Below, piece after piece: positions 47,609 through 56,721 of a stretch of 64,000 nucleotides of DNA. The position numbers and the translations under genes are program-made. The notes under the pieces are model-generated. The model ran no database searches, was not told the DNA's origin, and worked only from the letters and a program-made list of their open reading frames with translations. Location of the stretch: the IMG/VR virus record IMGVR_UViG_3300027690_000096, one strand, 5' to 3'. Each line of letters starts with the position of its first letter. Position 1 is the stretch's first letter. The DNA is from a virus.

Positions 47609-49008
47609 ACTTTTCCTCCTAATTGTTCTAATGCTGTTTCCATATCAAGAACACCCCTAAAACTGTTCTCTGGAATGTCTTTTAGTTTTCTTGGTTTCTG
47701 TTGCTTAAGCCAGGATTTAACTCTCGATTCATATTCCCTAACTGGCATAGGGAAAAAACCTCCTATTGTTGAAAGGTCAATTATCTCAGTTAGAAAACAA
47801 TTCTGAGTTTCATATAAATATTCTGCTGGGGATTCCTTATAAGTCTTAAGCATTTGAATGAAGGGTTCATTAGCTCGGGCTTTGTGGCAATAAGGAACTA
47901 CTCCGAATCTGTATTTGTTTTCTATGTCAACGAAATCACCAACCTTAAGTTTTAATAATGTAGACCTGTCTTTCTTTTTAATTCCAAATATATTTAACAT
48001 GTTAAGGTCTTTTGGGTTTCTAGCTTTGCCTGCATAAATCCTTGTCTGAGAAAGCATGTCAGGAGGTAATGAGGATAAGTTTTGAAGATTCAACCTAAGC
48101 CTTACGCCAAAGCTTCTCATTAGCAGAAGACCTACAAGCATTGAATATTGGAGAGTATTGACTACGTTCTCTAATGCTCTCACTTTCTTCGGCATGATTA
48201 TCTGAATCTCTGGGATAAGGATTGAAAATACCTCATCACTCTTTCTATGACGATGAACACCTTTGCCGATTGTAAGAAGCTCGTTTAGTATTCCTATCAT
48301 AAAACTTGTTGCAGCAACGACATTCTGACCCATCATGAAAAATGTTGAGATTATATTGACTTCTTTATTGTTTGACATCTCATCAAAATTTATGTATTCC
48401 CATCCGCAGCCTTCTTCGCTGAAATCATCATCATCAAAAGCAAGTTTCATCTTGCCCATCTCTTCCTTGAACTCGTTTAAAATTCTGGTTTGACCCATCA
48501 ATTTGTCTCGGTTTGATTTAGAAGCGATTGATTGAAGATGAGACTTTGCAAGTGCCATGTTTGCTGTATCTTCAGAGATCAGCATTGATTGAAGTATTCT
48601 GAAGGGTCTTATCCGAAGGTTCGGATGATGCAGATTAAGAAGCTCTTTGAAGTGGAGATTGTGCTGCAATCCGTTGATGTAAGGAATCCAGAGATTGACT
48701 TTATAACCTCTACCGACAAGACGATTCTTCTCTAAGATATTTCTTAATATGACATCCTGCTGGCTGTAGATTGCGCACGGGTATTCCATCTTAACGTCAA
48801 GGATTATGACTGTCCTATTATGGGCTATGTCATTGTTGACTGCATAAGAACAGATTGTGTCTTTGCCTGAACCTGACTGACCGAATGCTATAAGACTGAA
48901 ATCCCCATCGCCAAAGATAGTGTTCCAGCTAGAAGGGACAGATATATTCTCCTGATACAAGTTAGCAGGATATACTAGTTTCTGACTATAATTTCGAAAA
49001 TTCCCCAT
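47605..49008 (-). CDS. FtsK/HerA-superfamily ATPase with variant Walker motifs (packaging/secretion candidate)
   Basis: GQSGSGKD (Walker A variant), ILIPEIQ (Walker B variant), RSFGVRLRLNLQ. Confidence 0.7.
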   Translation of the reverse strand: MGNFRNYSQKLVYPANLYQENISVPSSWNTIFGDGDFSLIAFGQSGSGKDTICSYAVNNDIAHNRTVIILDVKMEYPCAIYSQQDVILRNILEKNRLVGRGYKVNLWIPYINGLQHNLHFKELLNLHHPNLRIRPFRILQSMLISEDTANMALAKSHLQSIASKSNRDKLMGQTRILNEFKEEMGKMKLAFDDDDFSEEGCGWEYINFDEMSNNKEVNIISTFFMMGQNVVAATSFMIGILNELLTIGKGVHRHRKSDEVFSILIPEIQIIMPKKVRALENVVNTLQYSMLVGLLLMRSFGVRLRLNLQNLSSLPPDMLSQTRIYAGKARNPKDLNMLNIFGIKKKDRSTLLKLKVGDFVDIENKYRFGVVPYCHKARANEPFIQMLKTYKESPAEYLYETQNCFLTEIIDLSTIGGFFPMPVREYESRVKSWLKQQKPRKLKDIPENSFRGVLDMETALEQLGGKV

Positions 49009-49700
49009 AGTTTTTTGCGACGTTTAATTTTACCAGGTTGAATGTCTTCAAGAGGTTTTAGTCTCAGACCTTTCTCACAGATTGTTTTCATCTGGTTTGC
49101 TTTGCTTCTGTATAATTTGTATTCTTCAAGAAGTTTATTATGCTCTTCAGCAAGATGTTTGTAATGGACTTCTCCTCGGTCAATCTCTGTCTGAAGTTTG
49201 TCATATACCAATAACATTTTATCGTATTTGTCACGCAATGCGTTTAACAGCTTAACTTTCTCCTGAATCTTTGCATCAGCTTGAAAGTTTGTCATAATCC
49301 TGTTCTGGTCTTCTTTGTAATCCGAATATTCTTGGGTCACTCTTTGAAGTTTGCTCTCTAAATCATTTATCCTTTCCTTTAGTTCCATTGCAATCCTGTA
49401 TTGTATCTGGACTTCTTTAGCCTGGATAGCCTTCTCAAGAAGTTTTGATTTATTCTCTGGGTCAAGGTCGATGTCTTTCTCAAGCTTGTCATAGAAGAAC
49501 TCAAGCTCTCTTCGAAGTTTCAATACCTGATTATCTGCTTCCTTGACATTATCCTTGAGGAGCGAGTTCTCATCTTTGACCTTGCATCTGGTAACTACAC
49601 ATTCCGAGCCAGACAACATCCCTTTAGTCTTCAACTGACCTACAGCATGAGCTATATTGTCTCTCTTAATCACTTGTTGTATATCTTCATTCATATTCAT
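48975..49700 (-). CDS. Coiled-coil protein
   Basis: Heptad-rich, K/E/Q-rich sequence. Confidence 0.7.
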   Translation of the reverse strand: MNMNEDIQQVIKRDNIAHAVGQLKTKGMLSGSECVVTRCKVKDENSLLKDNVKEADNQVLKLRRELEFFYDKLEKDIDLDPENKSKLLEKAIQAKEVQIQYRIAMELKERINDLESKLQRVTQEYSDYKEDQNRIMTNFQADAKIQEKVKLLNALRDKYDKMLLVYDKLQTEIDRGEVHYKHLAEEHNKLLEEYKLYRSKANQMKTICEKGLRLKPLEDIQPGKIKRRKKLWGIFEIIVRN

Positions 49701-49802
49701 AACGATTCACCTATATATTCCTTTGGTTTAATTTATTTTTTTGGTTTTCTTTAGTTTTTCAATTGATTTATTTTTTTGTGTTTTATTTATTATTTCCAAA
49801 AC

Positions 49803-50516
49803 TCAGCCCATTGCAGCTCCTATCTCTGAAATCTCTGAGCCTGATGAACCTTGCTTGGTTATAATCTTAACATTCTTGACCTTATCTGATATGTATTGCA
49901 GATGTTGAGCCATCTGTTCAGAGTCAAGATTCTTGACGTTTGCAATATTGGCTACCTGTTCTTCAAGCTTTGCCATTGCCGTGAATACATAACTGATTAT
50001 TGCGGATTGTCTTTCTAGCTGTTTTACTGGAATGATTATGTCTGGGTTTTTGAGTTCTCCACCGTCAAGCCTGCCTAAGTATAATATGCATCCGTTAGGA
50101 TTTTCGTTGTCCTCCTGCGGAATCTCTACCCATTGCCAGCTTTTGCCTTGGATTTCAAGGGTTATGACACCTGAAACGAAATCCCAAAGCCAGACCATGC
50201 CTCTTTCTCTTTGTGACCTAATATCTGGATGAATCAAATCTCTTGGAAATGCTACTCTTCGAGTTTCAAATCCGCCATATTCAAGTATTGGCTGTCCTAT
50301 CTGTGTGCCTGATATACCCGAAAGAGTGTTGATCTGCGCTCCTCTTCTCATAGGGAACCAATCGCCCCACAAATGATTGACGTTCAGCGTAATCATCGCC
50401 AAAGGCAATAAGATTGCTATAATTCTTGCATAAGGGTTCCTGAATATATCAATCAAAATAAATCCTATTGCTATCATAAGACTGCAAAATGCTGCTATTC
50501 CTGTCAAATCTCTCAT
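49803..50516 (-). CDS. Membrane protein with C-terminal coiled coil
   Basis: Two N-terminal TM segments. Confidence 0.7.
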   Translation of the reverse strand: MRDLTGIAAFCSLMIAIGFILIDIFRNPYARIIAILLPLAMITLNVNHLWGDWFPMRRGAQINTLSGISGTQIGQPILEYGGFETRRVAFPRDLIHPDIRSQRERGMVWLWDFVSGVITLEIQGKSWQWVEIPQEDNENPNGCILYLGRLDGGELKNPDIIIPVKQLERQSAIISYVFTAMAKLEEQVANIANVKNLDSEQMAQHLQYISDKVKNVKIITKQGSSGSEISEIGAAMG

Positions 50517-50582
50517 AAATTACACTTCTCCTATCCTTTGGTTGGTTTCTTTTAGTTTTATGAATTTAAAGCGATTTTAGCC

Positions 50583-50972
50583 TTAAAATGCTCCGTTTCT
50601 CGGGATTGGCAGTCTTCTATACTTGACTACGCAACCCCATAAATATGCCAATAAAATAAGGCATGTCATGTTAATCAGATTGTTTTGTATCGCTATCGTT
50701 TCACTCGGTGGGATAATGTCTCTATATGAACTAATCCACCACAAGATGAACAATGTTATGAATATGACAAATGCTGTTATTGGTCCGAACATGACGATAA
50801 TATTCTTATATTCGACGGATTTCTTTCGGATTAAATATAAAAATGGGACTTTTGTCAGGAGGGACGAGCCTAATCTGAACTGTTTAGGTATTTTAATTGA
50901 GTCGCTCTTAATAGGCAGAGGCTTGAGCCTTATTTTGTTCATCGTAACTATTACTCTCCACTCTATATTCAT
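50583..50972 (-). CDS. Membrane protein (2 TM)
   Basis: ORF track. Confidence 0.55.
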   Translation of the reverse strand: MNIEWRVIVTMNKIRLKPLPIKSDSIKIPKQFRLGSSLLTKVPFLYLIRKKSVEYKNIIVMFGPITAFVIFITLFILWWISSYRDIIPPSETIAIQNNLINMTCLILLAYLWGCVVKYRRLPIPRNGAF

Positions 50973-51672
50973 CAGGTTCTATGGATTTTCTTAGCAAATC
51001 TCTTTCAATGTCATACTGTTGCGCTACTTCTTTGCCGAATCTAGACCTGACATATTCAGAATCAGGGTTCTCAATGTATGCAACCTCATAAGCATTGCCT
51101 ATGTCGAGTGTAACAAATATAAACATCCCACCAAAATGGTTTGTCCTTGCTAAGAAATTTACTACCTTATTATAAGGATTCTTATCTCCATCTTTATCCT
51201 TGTTTGATAATTTTATTACATTGTGATATGGCATTGGAGAGCCGAAACCAACTCCTCTATGAGGTCTTGCTTTTGCCCTGCGATAGATGAGTTCCCATGC
51301 CTTAAACTCAAGCTTCTCCATCTTCATAGGTCTTAGTTTTGCCATGTCTTTGTTGAAATAATACCACACACCCATCATGAATAAAGCAAAGACCCACCAA
51401 TGCTCTCTTACCCATCCTTCTTGGATTACATTAAATGCTTCAAGTATAAGCAGGATGACAGCAAGAATAAGGGTTATGATGATAGTCTTAAACAGAGGGT
51501 TCATAAACCTCTTATCTTCTTTTGAATCAATCTTACGACGGGATTCTATGTAAAACAACAGCGAGATAAAACCAATTACTGCAACTATTACAATCGTCAA
51601 CTGCCAGGTAAGATTAAAACCAGTATCAACTACTGGTTGAACTTGACCATAAACAACTGAATTATCTACCAT
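50908..51672 (-). CDS. Membrane protein (3 TM) with soluble C-terminal domain
   Basis: ORF track. Confidence 0.7.
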   Translation of the reverse strand: MVDNSVVYGQVQPVVDTGFNLTWQLTIVIVAVIGFISLLFYIESRRKIDSKEDKRFMNPLFKTIIITLILAVILLILEAFNVIQEGWVREHWWVFALFMMGVWYYFNKDMAKLRPMKMEKLEFKAWELIYRRAKARPHRGVGFGSPMPYHNVIKLSNKDKDGDKNPYNKVVNFLARTNHFGGMFIFVTLDIGNAYEVAYIENPDSEYVRSRFGKEVAQQYDIERDLLRKSIEPDEYRVESNSYDEQNKAQASAY

Positions 51673-51675
51673 ATT

Positions 51676-52032
51676 CTACTTATCTCCTCTAATAACCAAC
51701 AGCATGGAATCTGTTGATATCTCTTGGACATATACACTATCTCCTAAGCTGAATTTTCTGACTTCTTTCCCGTTATAAAGACCCAAGCATTCCTTGACAA
51801 ATTCAATTTCGCATCTAACAGGGTCTTCAAGATATTGCTTGATAGCAATCTTTAAATTCAAAATCTTTGACCTTGCTTGTTCAATGCCTTTTTCAGCTCT
51901 ACGCCTGCCAATCTTTCTTTTGAGTTCACAGAGAGGGACTGCTCCATTTTTTACCTGGTTAATCAGCGAGATTAGTTCAGGTTCTTGAATCAATATTGGA
52001 AAATCTCTCATAGTCATGACTATTTGTTTCAC
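51676..52032 (-). CDS. Hypothetical protein
   Basis: ORF track. Confidence 0.55.
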   Translation of the reverse strand: MKQIVMTMRDFPILIQEPELISLINQVKNGAVPLCELKRKIGRRRAEKGIEQARSKILNLKIAIKQYLEDPVRCEIEFVKECLGLYNGKEVRKFSLGDSVYVQEISTDSMLLVIRGDK

Positions 52033-52041
52033 TCTGTATTA

Positions 52042-52251
52042 TCACTCGTAAGCTTGACCTGATATGTTCTGAATCATTATTTCGGCTACACAAAACAGGA
52101 CAGCAAATATCAGCCAGTGCCACCATCTCGACGGGTCACTTATCCCACCTAGCTTATTTGCAGCCATTATCCCATTTGTTAAGACAAATGCACCTTTGTA
52201 TATTGCGAATGTTATTGGCACAGGCCATAATATTGATCCCACTGTTATCAC
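52042..52251 (-). CDS. Small membrane protein
   Basis: Two hydrophobic segments. Confidence 0.5.
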   Translation of the reverse strand: MITVGSILWPVPITFAIYKGAFVLTNGIMAANKLGGISDPSRWWHWLIFAVLFCVAEIMIQNISGQAYE

Positions 52252-52316
52252 CTATATTTCCTTTGGTTTACTCTGTTTATTTGGTTTATAAATAAAATAA
52301 ATAGTATTGTTTGCTA

Positions 52317-52892
52317 TTAAGTTATCACTGGTTCTTTGGTAGATGATTCTGCATCCTTTTCTTGCTGTTTTTTAAGTTTTCTTATATTAACAATGTCAGA
52401 ATGCCTAAGCTCGCATGTTGACCTGAATTCGTCATAAAAAGGGTCATCAGGAGATAAGACATAAGACTGGTAAGCTTTTGCTAGAATTGAGTTAATATTA
52501 ATCTGAGATATCATGGCAGTTAGATATTTCGGATTGTTCAATACCAGGTTGATGAAGAATTTAGGCGTAAATCCCTGCTCGCCATTCTTTTCAGTATCAC
52601 TTAATTTGTCGAAGTCAATCTCTTCGCCATCCTTGAGTATTTTGATTCTATCGCCCAATGCTTCCTTTAGCCTGGCAAAAGACATAGGGATAACGGGAGA
52701 TTCAAGAACAGAGTTTATTACCTTAATCTGGACTTTCTCAGGAAGGTCTTCGATGGATTCGATGTTTTCAATGCGGTATTTTTGGATTTTGTCAATCAGT
52801 GGTAGTTTCTTTGGTTTATCTGCTTTCTTTGTTTTGTCTTTAGTTTCTGTCATTTGTGTCATCTGCTTATTCTGTTTTACTGTATAATTCAC
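52317..52892 (-). CDS. Hypothetical protein
   Basis: ORF track. Confidence 0.65.
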   Translation of the reverse strand: MNYTVKQNKQMTQMTETKDKTKKADKPKKLPLIDKIQKYRIENIESIEDLPEKVQIKVINSVLESPVIPMSFARLKEALGDRIKILKDGEEIDFDKLSDTEKNGEQGFTPKFFINLVLNNPKYLTAMISQININSILAKAYQSYVLSPDDPFYDEFRSTCELRHSDIVNIRKLKKQQEKDAESSTKEPVIT

Positions 52893-52940
52893 TGAAATTT
52901 TATATGTTAATATTTAAAAAATTAATCAAAAAAAATGTTG

Positions 52941-53162
52941 CTATGAAGCAACCATAAGTTTTTCGTATACAGTTCTTACTCTCGACCTTATAGTTTCTAC
53001 TTGATTTTCAAGAGTGGTATATCTCGGGTTATCTAGCAGTTTACCTCTCTGGAATCTGGGGGTTTTCATCAACTGTATTTCTTTTCTGGCAAGAAATCTC
53101 GCCATAGCGCGTAATCTCTCACGTTTATGAAGCTCTTCCTGGGGTCTGGATTCGGTTTTCAT
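52941..53162 (-). CDS. Small basic hypothetical protein
   Basis: ORF track. Confidence 0.5.
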   Translation of the reverse strand: MKTESRPQEELHKRERLRAMARFLARKEIQLMKTPRFQRGKLLDNPRYTTLENQVETIRSRVRTVYEKLMVAS

Positions 53163-53198
53163 TGAAAATGATATTATTGAAAATTATATAAGCTGATT

Positions 53199-53384
53199 TT
53201 AGCATCTAAAAGGTCTTCTTCGGAATACTAGATTTATTTTCATCTTATTTGCAAGAGCAAGGTCTGGATGAGTTTCTTCAAGAGATTTTAGAAATTCACG
53301 TTTAGAATTTTTCTTGAAAATTTCATTCTTTTGTTTTTGAATAAATCTCATTTGTATTTTCTGTTGATCTTTTGACATTACCAT
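53199..53384 (-). CDS. Small basic hypothetical protein
   Basis: ORF track. Confidence 0.45.
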   Translation of the reverse strand: MVMSKDQQKIQMRFIQKQKNEIFKKNSKREFLKSLEETHPDLALANKMKINLVFRRRPFRC

Positions 53385-53521
53385 TTTTGCTGTTTTTTCT
53401 TCTAAACCTCTTATTCTAAAGTGCCGACCAGCATATCAGCTGAAATGCTGTTTGGCTGTTTCCATGCTTACATTTTATATAAAATATATATATAAAGATT
53501 ACTATACTTGAGTATATAAAT

Positions 53522-53536
53522 CGAAAAGTTTATATA
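53522..53536 (+). promoter_or_regulatory. Archaeal BRE-TATA promoter within a divergent promoter region
   Basis: CGAAAAG + TTTATATA about 27 nt before ATG 53563 (leaderless geometry); further TATA-like tracts at 53474-53520. Confidence 0.7.
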
Positions 53537-53562
53537 TTTGTTATTCCAGAATAGAAAAAGAG

Positions 53563-53781
53563 ATGGTTCAGGTAGATATATCCAACAATCTGATGAAAGA
53601 GGTAATAAGGACTGCTGATAATGACCCAATCTATCGCTCACTAGACCTTGACAGCAAGAAATCATATGTCAAAGAAATTCTAAAGGATTATGTCAAGCTG
53701 AAAGGTGATTTTATGAGGCAGGCTTTCAGGGAAGAGGTTGAGAAGATATTGATACAGCATCAAGTTACAGGTAACAAGTAA
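53563..53781 (+). CDS. Small RHH/CopG-like DNA-binding protein
   Basis: MVQVDISNNLMKEV: strand-helix start; divergent regulator position. Confidence 0.55.
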   Translation: MVQVDISNNLMKEVIRTADNDPIYRSLDLDSKKSYVKEILKDYVKLKGDFMRQAFREEVEKILIQHQVTGNK

Positions 53782-53900
53782 AAAGATGGACATGAATTTT
53801 CTAATCAAGAAAAATATCTGTATGACTGATATTTGGAGGAGCAAAGAAGAAGGAAAGAATCTATTATGCGATTTTGATTTTATGAAGCCAAAAAAGAAGG

Positions 53901-55106
53901 TTATTTTGGATTTTTCTCTCTCTTAAGGTCTTTTATGGTTTTCTTGTTGAGCTTAATGACATATTCCTCAAGCTCTTTTTGTTTCTTAAATATATGTTTC
54001 ATCTCAGATAATCCTTTTTTTGAGTATTCCAGGTATTCAAGGCAGTCATGAGGATAGAGGCTTTTTAGTCTCTGCATGGCTTTTGCGATTGTCTGGTTGA
54101 ATGTTTGCGTGAATGAAACAATCTTTGATTCATATGATTCTATGAAATTCAATAATTCTATCATCTGCTTTTGATATTTCAGTTCTTCCTCGATGGCTTT
54201 CTGCTGCTTAGGATTATCTTTTGATTCGCTATGCCTCTTCTCAAGCTCGCTTATATCCTTTCTATGCTTTGATTTGAATATTTCAGCGTGATGTTTAAGT
54301 GTAGGCATAGCTCTCAGTAGGACGTTTTCATTCTCGTTTATCTTCTGTAAAAGCTTTGAGATTTCCAGCCCCTCTTCTTGAGTCACGCCTGAGCCTTTGC
54401 TTTTTATCAAGCTTATCAGATGTTCAAGGATATTTTCCATGTCATCAATTGTATGAATCTCAAACTTTGTCAATTTGAGGGTTTTGCCTTTCAATAATTT
54501 ATCTTCTTTTTTATCCTCATGTATTTCATGCTCAATCTCTGGCTCATCCTTGACAGGACTTTTAATATCTTTTATTTCTTTGGCAGTTTCTTTCAGATCA
54601 GGCTTAAGATGGGATATGAATGCCTTGATGAGATAATACAGCGAGATAAAAAACAGGACAGCCATTGTTAACTTTGCCAATGGAAAAACGCTTTGGAAAT
54701 CAGTCATGATATTAGGAGTCAATCGAACAAGAGAGATGTAAAACAAAACAAAACCCAGAGGTAAGGCTAACCTGGTTCTCATTCCAAAGCTTTTGTTCAA
54801 GCTAAACAAGACAAAGAAGATGATTATCAGGATAAGGACTCCACCGAACATTCCTAATCCTTCAAGCGATAGATTCAATTTTCTTATATGTATAAGATAA
54901 TAAGTGCCAATCGATAACATCAATGCAGTAGATGTTGCAAGAACTCTGAAAGCTTTCGAATCTCCAAACCTTTTCTTAAGCGCAATCGTAACAACTGCCC
55001 AAAAGAAGAAAGTCAAAAGAAAAAATAATATCCAATCCTGAAACTGATTAATCAACCTATCAGGTTTAATTTTTCGAAAAACTGATAGGATATCAAGGTC
55101 TGTCAT
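53901..55106 (-). CDS. Multi-TM protein with long coiled-coil C-terminus
   Basis: About five N-terminal TM segments; K/E-rich helical tail. Confidence 0.75.
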   Translation of the reverse strand: MTDLDILSVFRKIKPDRLINQFQDWILFFLLTFFFWAVVTIALKKRFGDSKAFRVLATSTALMLSIGTYYLIHIRKLNLSLEGLGMFGGVLILIIIFFVLFSLNKSFGMRTRLALPLGFVLFYISLVRLTPNIMTDFQSVFPLAKLTMAVLFFISLYYLIKAFISHLKPDLKETAKEIKDIKSPVKDEPEIEHEIHEDKKEDKLLKGKTLKLTKFEIHTIDDMENILEHLISLIKSKGSGVTQEEGLEISKLLQKINENENVLLRAMPTLKHHAEIFKSKHRKDISELEKRHSESKDNPKQQKAIEEELKYQKQMIELLNFIESYESKIVSFTQTFNQTIAKAMQRLKSLYPHDCLEYLEYSKKGLSEMKHIFKKQKELEEYVIKLNKKTIKDLKREKNPK

Positions 55107-55180
55107 TCAGTTACTTATTTGTATACAGATATATATATTTTATGGTTTGAAATATTTTTTTATCATAAAATTATATTTGA

Positions 55181-55471
55181 ACTCTCCGCTATAATTCCGG
55201 AGAGTAAATTATATAATAATAAATCTATTTAACGTAAGTGAACTACTACTGTCAGAATCCGGAGAGTAGTAGTTAGTTTTGTATCGACAAAACCTTTAAA
55301 CTTACTCTCCGTATTTTGACCGGAGAGTTAATTTTTAAGAGGCTAAAACTAAGAAAATACTGAACTCTCCGCTATAATTCCGGAGAGTCCAATTTCAGCT
55401 AAAAAACATACTTTTTGTATCTTTTTTACAACATATTGCAAAATAACTCTCCGTAAATATACGGAGAGTTA
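55181..55471. repeat. Array of five palindromes ACTCTCCG-N-CGGAGAGT (candidate replication origin)
   Basis: Right arms at 55198, 55260, 55321, 55381, 55462; units 1 and 4 identical; unit 2 has a degenerate left arm; AT-rich spacers. Confidence 0.9.
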
Positions 55472-55493
55472 AATAACCACTAAAAAGAGGTTA

Positions 55494-55507
55494 GAAAGAT
55501 TTATATA
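55494..55507 (+). promoter_or_regulatory. Archaeal BRE-TATA-like promoter upstream of the replication operon
   Basis: GAAAGA + TTTATATA directly after the palindrome array. Confidence 0.5.
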
Positions 55508-55790
55508 TAAGTTATGTTCAACAGATAAATAATGGTTTATACAACAATACAGATTGGAAAGAGAACGAGAGAGTTAATTAAAGAATTAAGAATAACCAAA
55601 CTTGAAACCTATGATGAGATACTACTTAGGTTGATAAAAAATTATAAAGAAAAAAAGACCGAGGTTATTAACCTCGATCCAGATCCCCTTGCCATGTCAG
55701 AACATAGCTAAGCAATTTTATCCTGCTTAGATTAGTTCTATATGCTAGGAGTATATATATTTTTTGGTTTGACGGTATGGAATTAATAAA

Positions 55791-56030
55791 ATGGAACGGA
55801 AAAACAGCGGAATATCATTTTTTTTAAATAAGAGTGTAAGGCTTATTGTTGAAGACAGCGGTAAAGTCTTTCCAAGAGATGGAATTCTTAAAGATTTTGA
55901 TGAATTAAATTATTATATCGAAATGCTACAAGGACCTAAAAAATGTATGATAATAGGATTCTTGAAAACTACTGTTAGAAGAATTGAGCCTTTGAATTAT
56001 AGTAGAGGTGATTCAAATAACCAATATTGA
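55791..56030 (+). CDS. Small Sm/LSm-like fold protein
   Basis: FLNKSVRLIV...RDGILKDFDE..YYI resembles the Sm1 motif. Confidence 0.45.
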   Translation: MERKNSGISFFLNKSVRLIVEDSGKVFPRDGILKDFDELNYYIEMLQGPKKCMIIGFLKTTVRRIEPLNYSRGDSNNQY

Positions 56031-56721
56031 AACAACTTCACAAAAGAGGATATCTTCTATATATGATTTTGTAGCAAAACTTGATGTGACAAATACTCAA
56101 AATATTAGTCTTCACTTTGAGAGAACTTTTAATGATATACTATCAATATTTTTTGATAAGTGGAAATGTAAATTAATTTATGTCTTATATAATGTTGAAA
56201 TTTCAAGTATATGGGAATTATCTAATCATTTCAACCTTTGTTATAATTATAGAAAAGATATGAATACTATATTAATGGATCTTGAAACAAAGAACATCGT
56301 TGAAGAAATTTATAGCGATACTGTTGAGTGTAAAACACTTCGTAAAGTATGGGAAATACTTCATCCTAATGGGAAGAGGACATATAGAAAAACAAAACTT
56401 TTCAAGTTATCTGATGATTTTAAATCAGTATTTGAATTATTCTTAGACGAGGTTTATTCAAAATATATTTACAGAAGTGAATATCTAAATATTGAAATAA
56501 GAAAAATATCTTTTCATAAAATCTATAATGAAATAATAGGAAAAGAGAAACAATCTTTAGTTCTTGATGAAAATTGCATAGGAAGATGCTTTAAATGTAA
56601 TCAACCTATCAGTAAAGACTCAACTGAATACATGAATATCTATGAAGGTGTAGTTCATAAGACATGCTTTAAGAACACTCCGCAAAAAGAAGCAATAACA
56701 TGGAAACAGAAACACAAATAA
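56008..56721 (+). CDS. Winged-helix plus Zn-finger protein (candidate initiator or MCM loader)
   Basis: ILMDLETKNIVEE...LFKL wHTH-like; CFKC...HKTC; overlaps the mcm start. Confidence 0.5.
   Translation: MIQITNIETTSQKRISSIYDFVAKLDVTNTQNISLHFERTFNDILSIFFDKWKCKLIYVLYNVEISSIWELSNHFNLCYNYRKDMNTILMDLETKNIVEEIYSDTVECKTLRKVWEILHPNGKRTYRKTKLFKLSDDFKSVFELFLDEVYSKYIYRSEYLNIEIRKISFHKIYNEIIGKEKQSLVLDENCIGRCFKCNQPISKDSTEYMNIYEGVVHKTCFKNTPQKEAITWKQKHK

Noticed and set aside
29031-53384. Caudoviricetes head-tail module or canonical type IV pilus/T4SS
   Set aside because: No terminase, portal, HK97 capsid, tape measure, PilB/PilC or VirB core motifs were recognised. This is a by-eye negative and needs HMM confirmation.
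55181-55471. CRISPR mini-array interpretation (about 25-bp palindromic repeats with about 35-bp spacers)
   Set aside because: Only the arms are conserved, while the centres vary in sequence and length. Spacers are low-complexity AT-rich DNA, the last interval is irregular, and no cas gene is visible. This fits protein-binding sites better.
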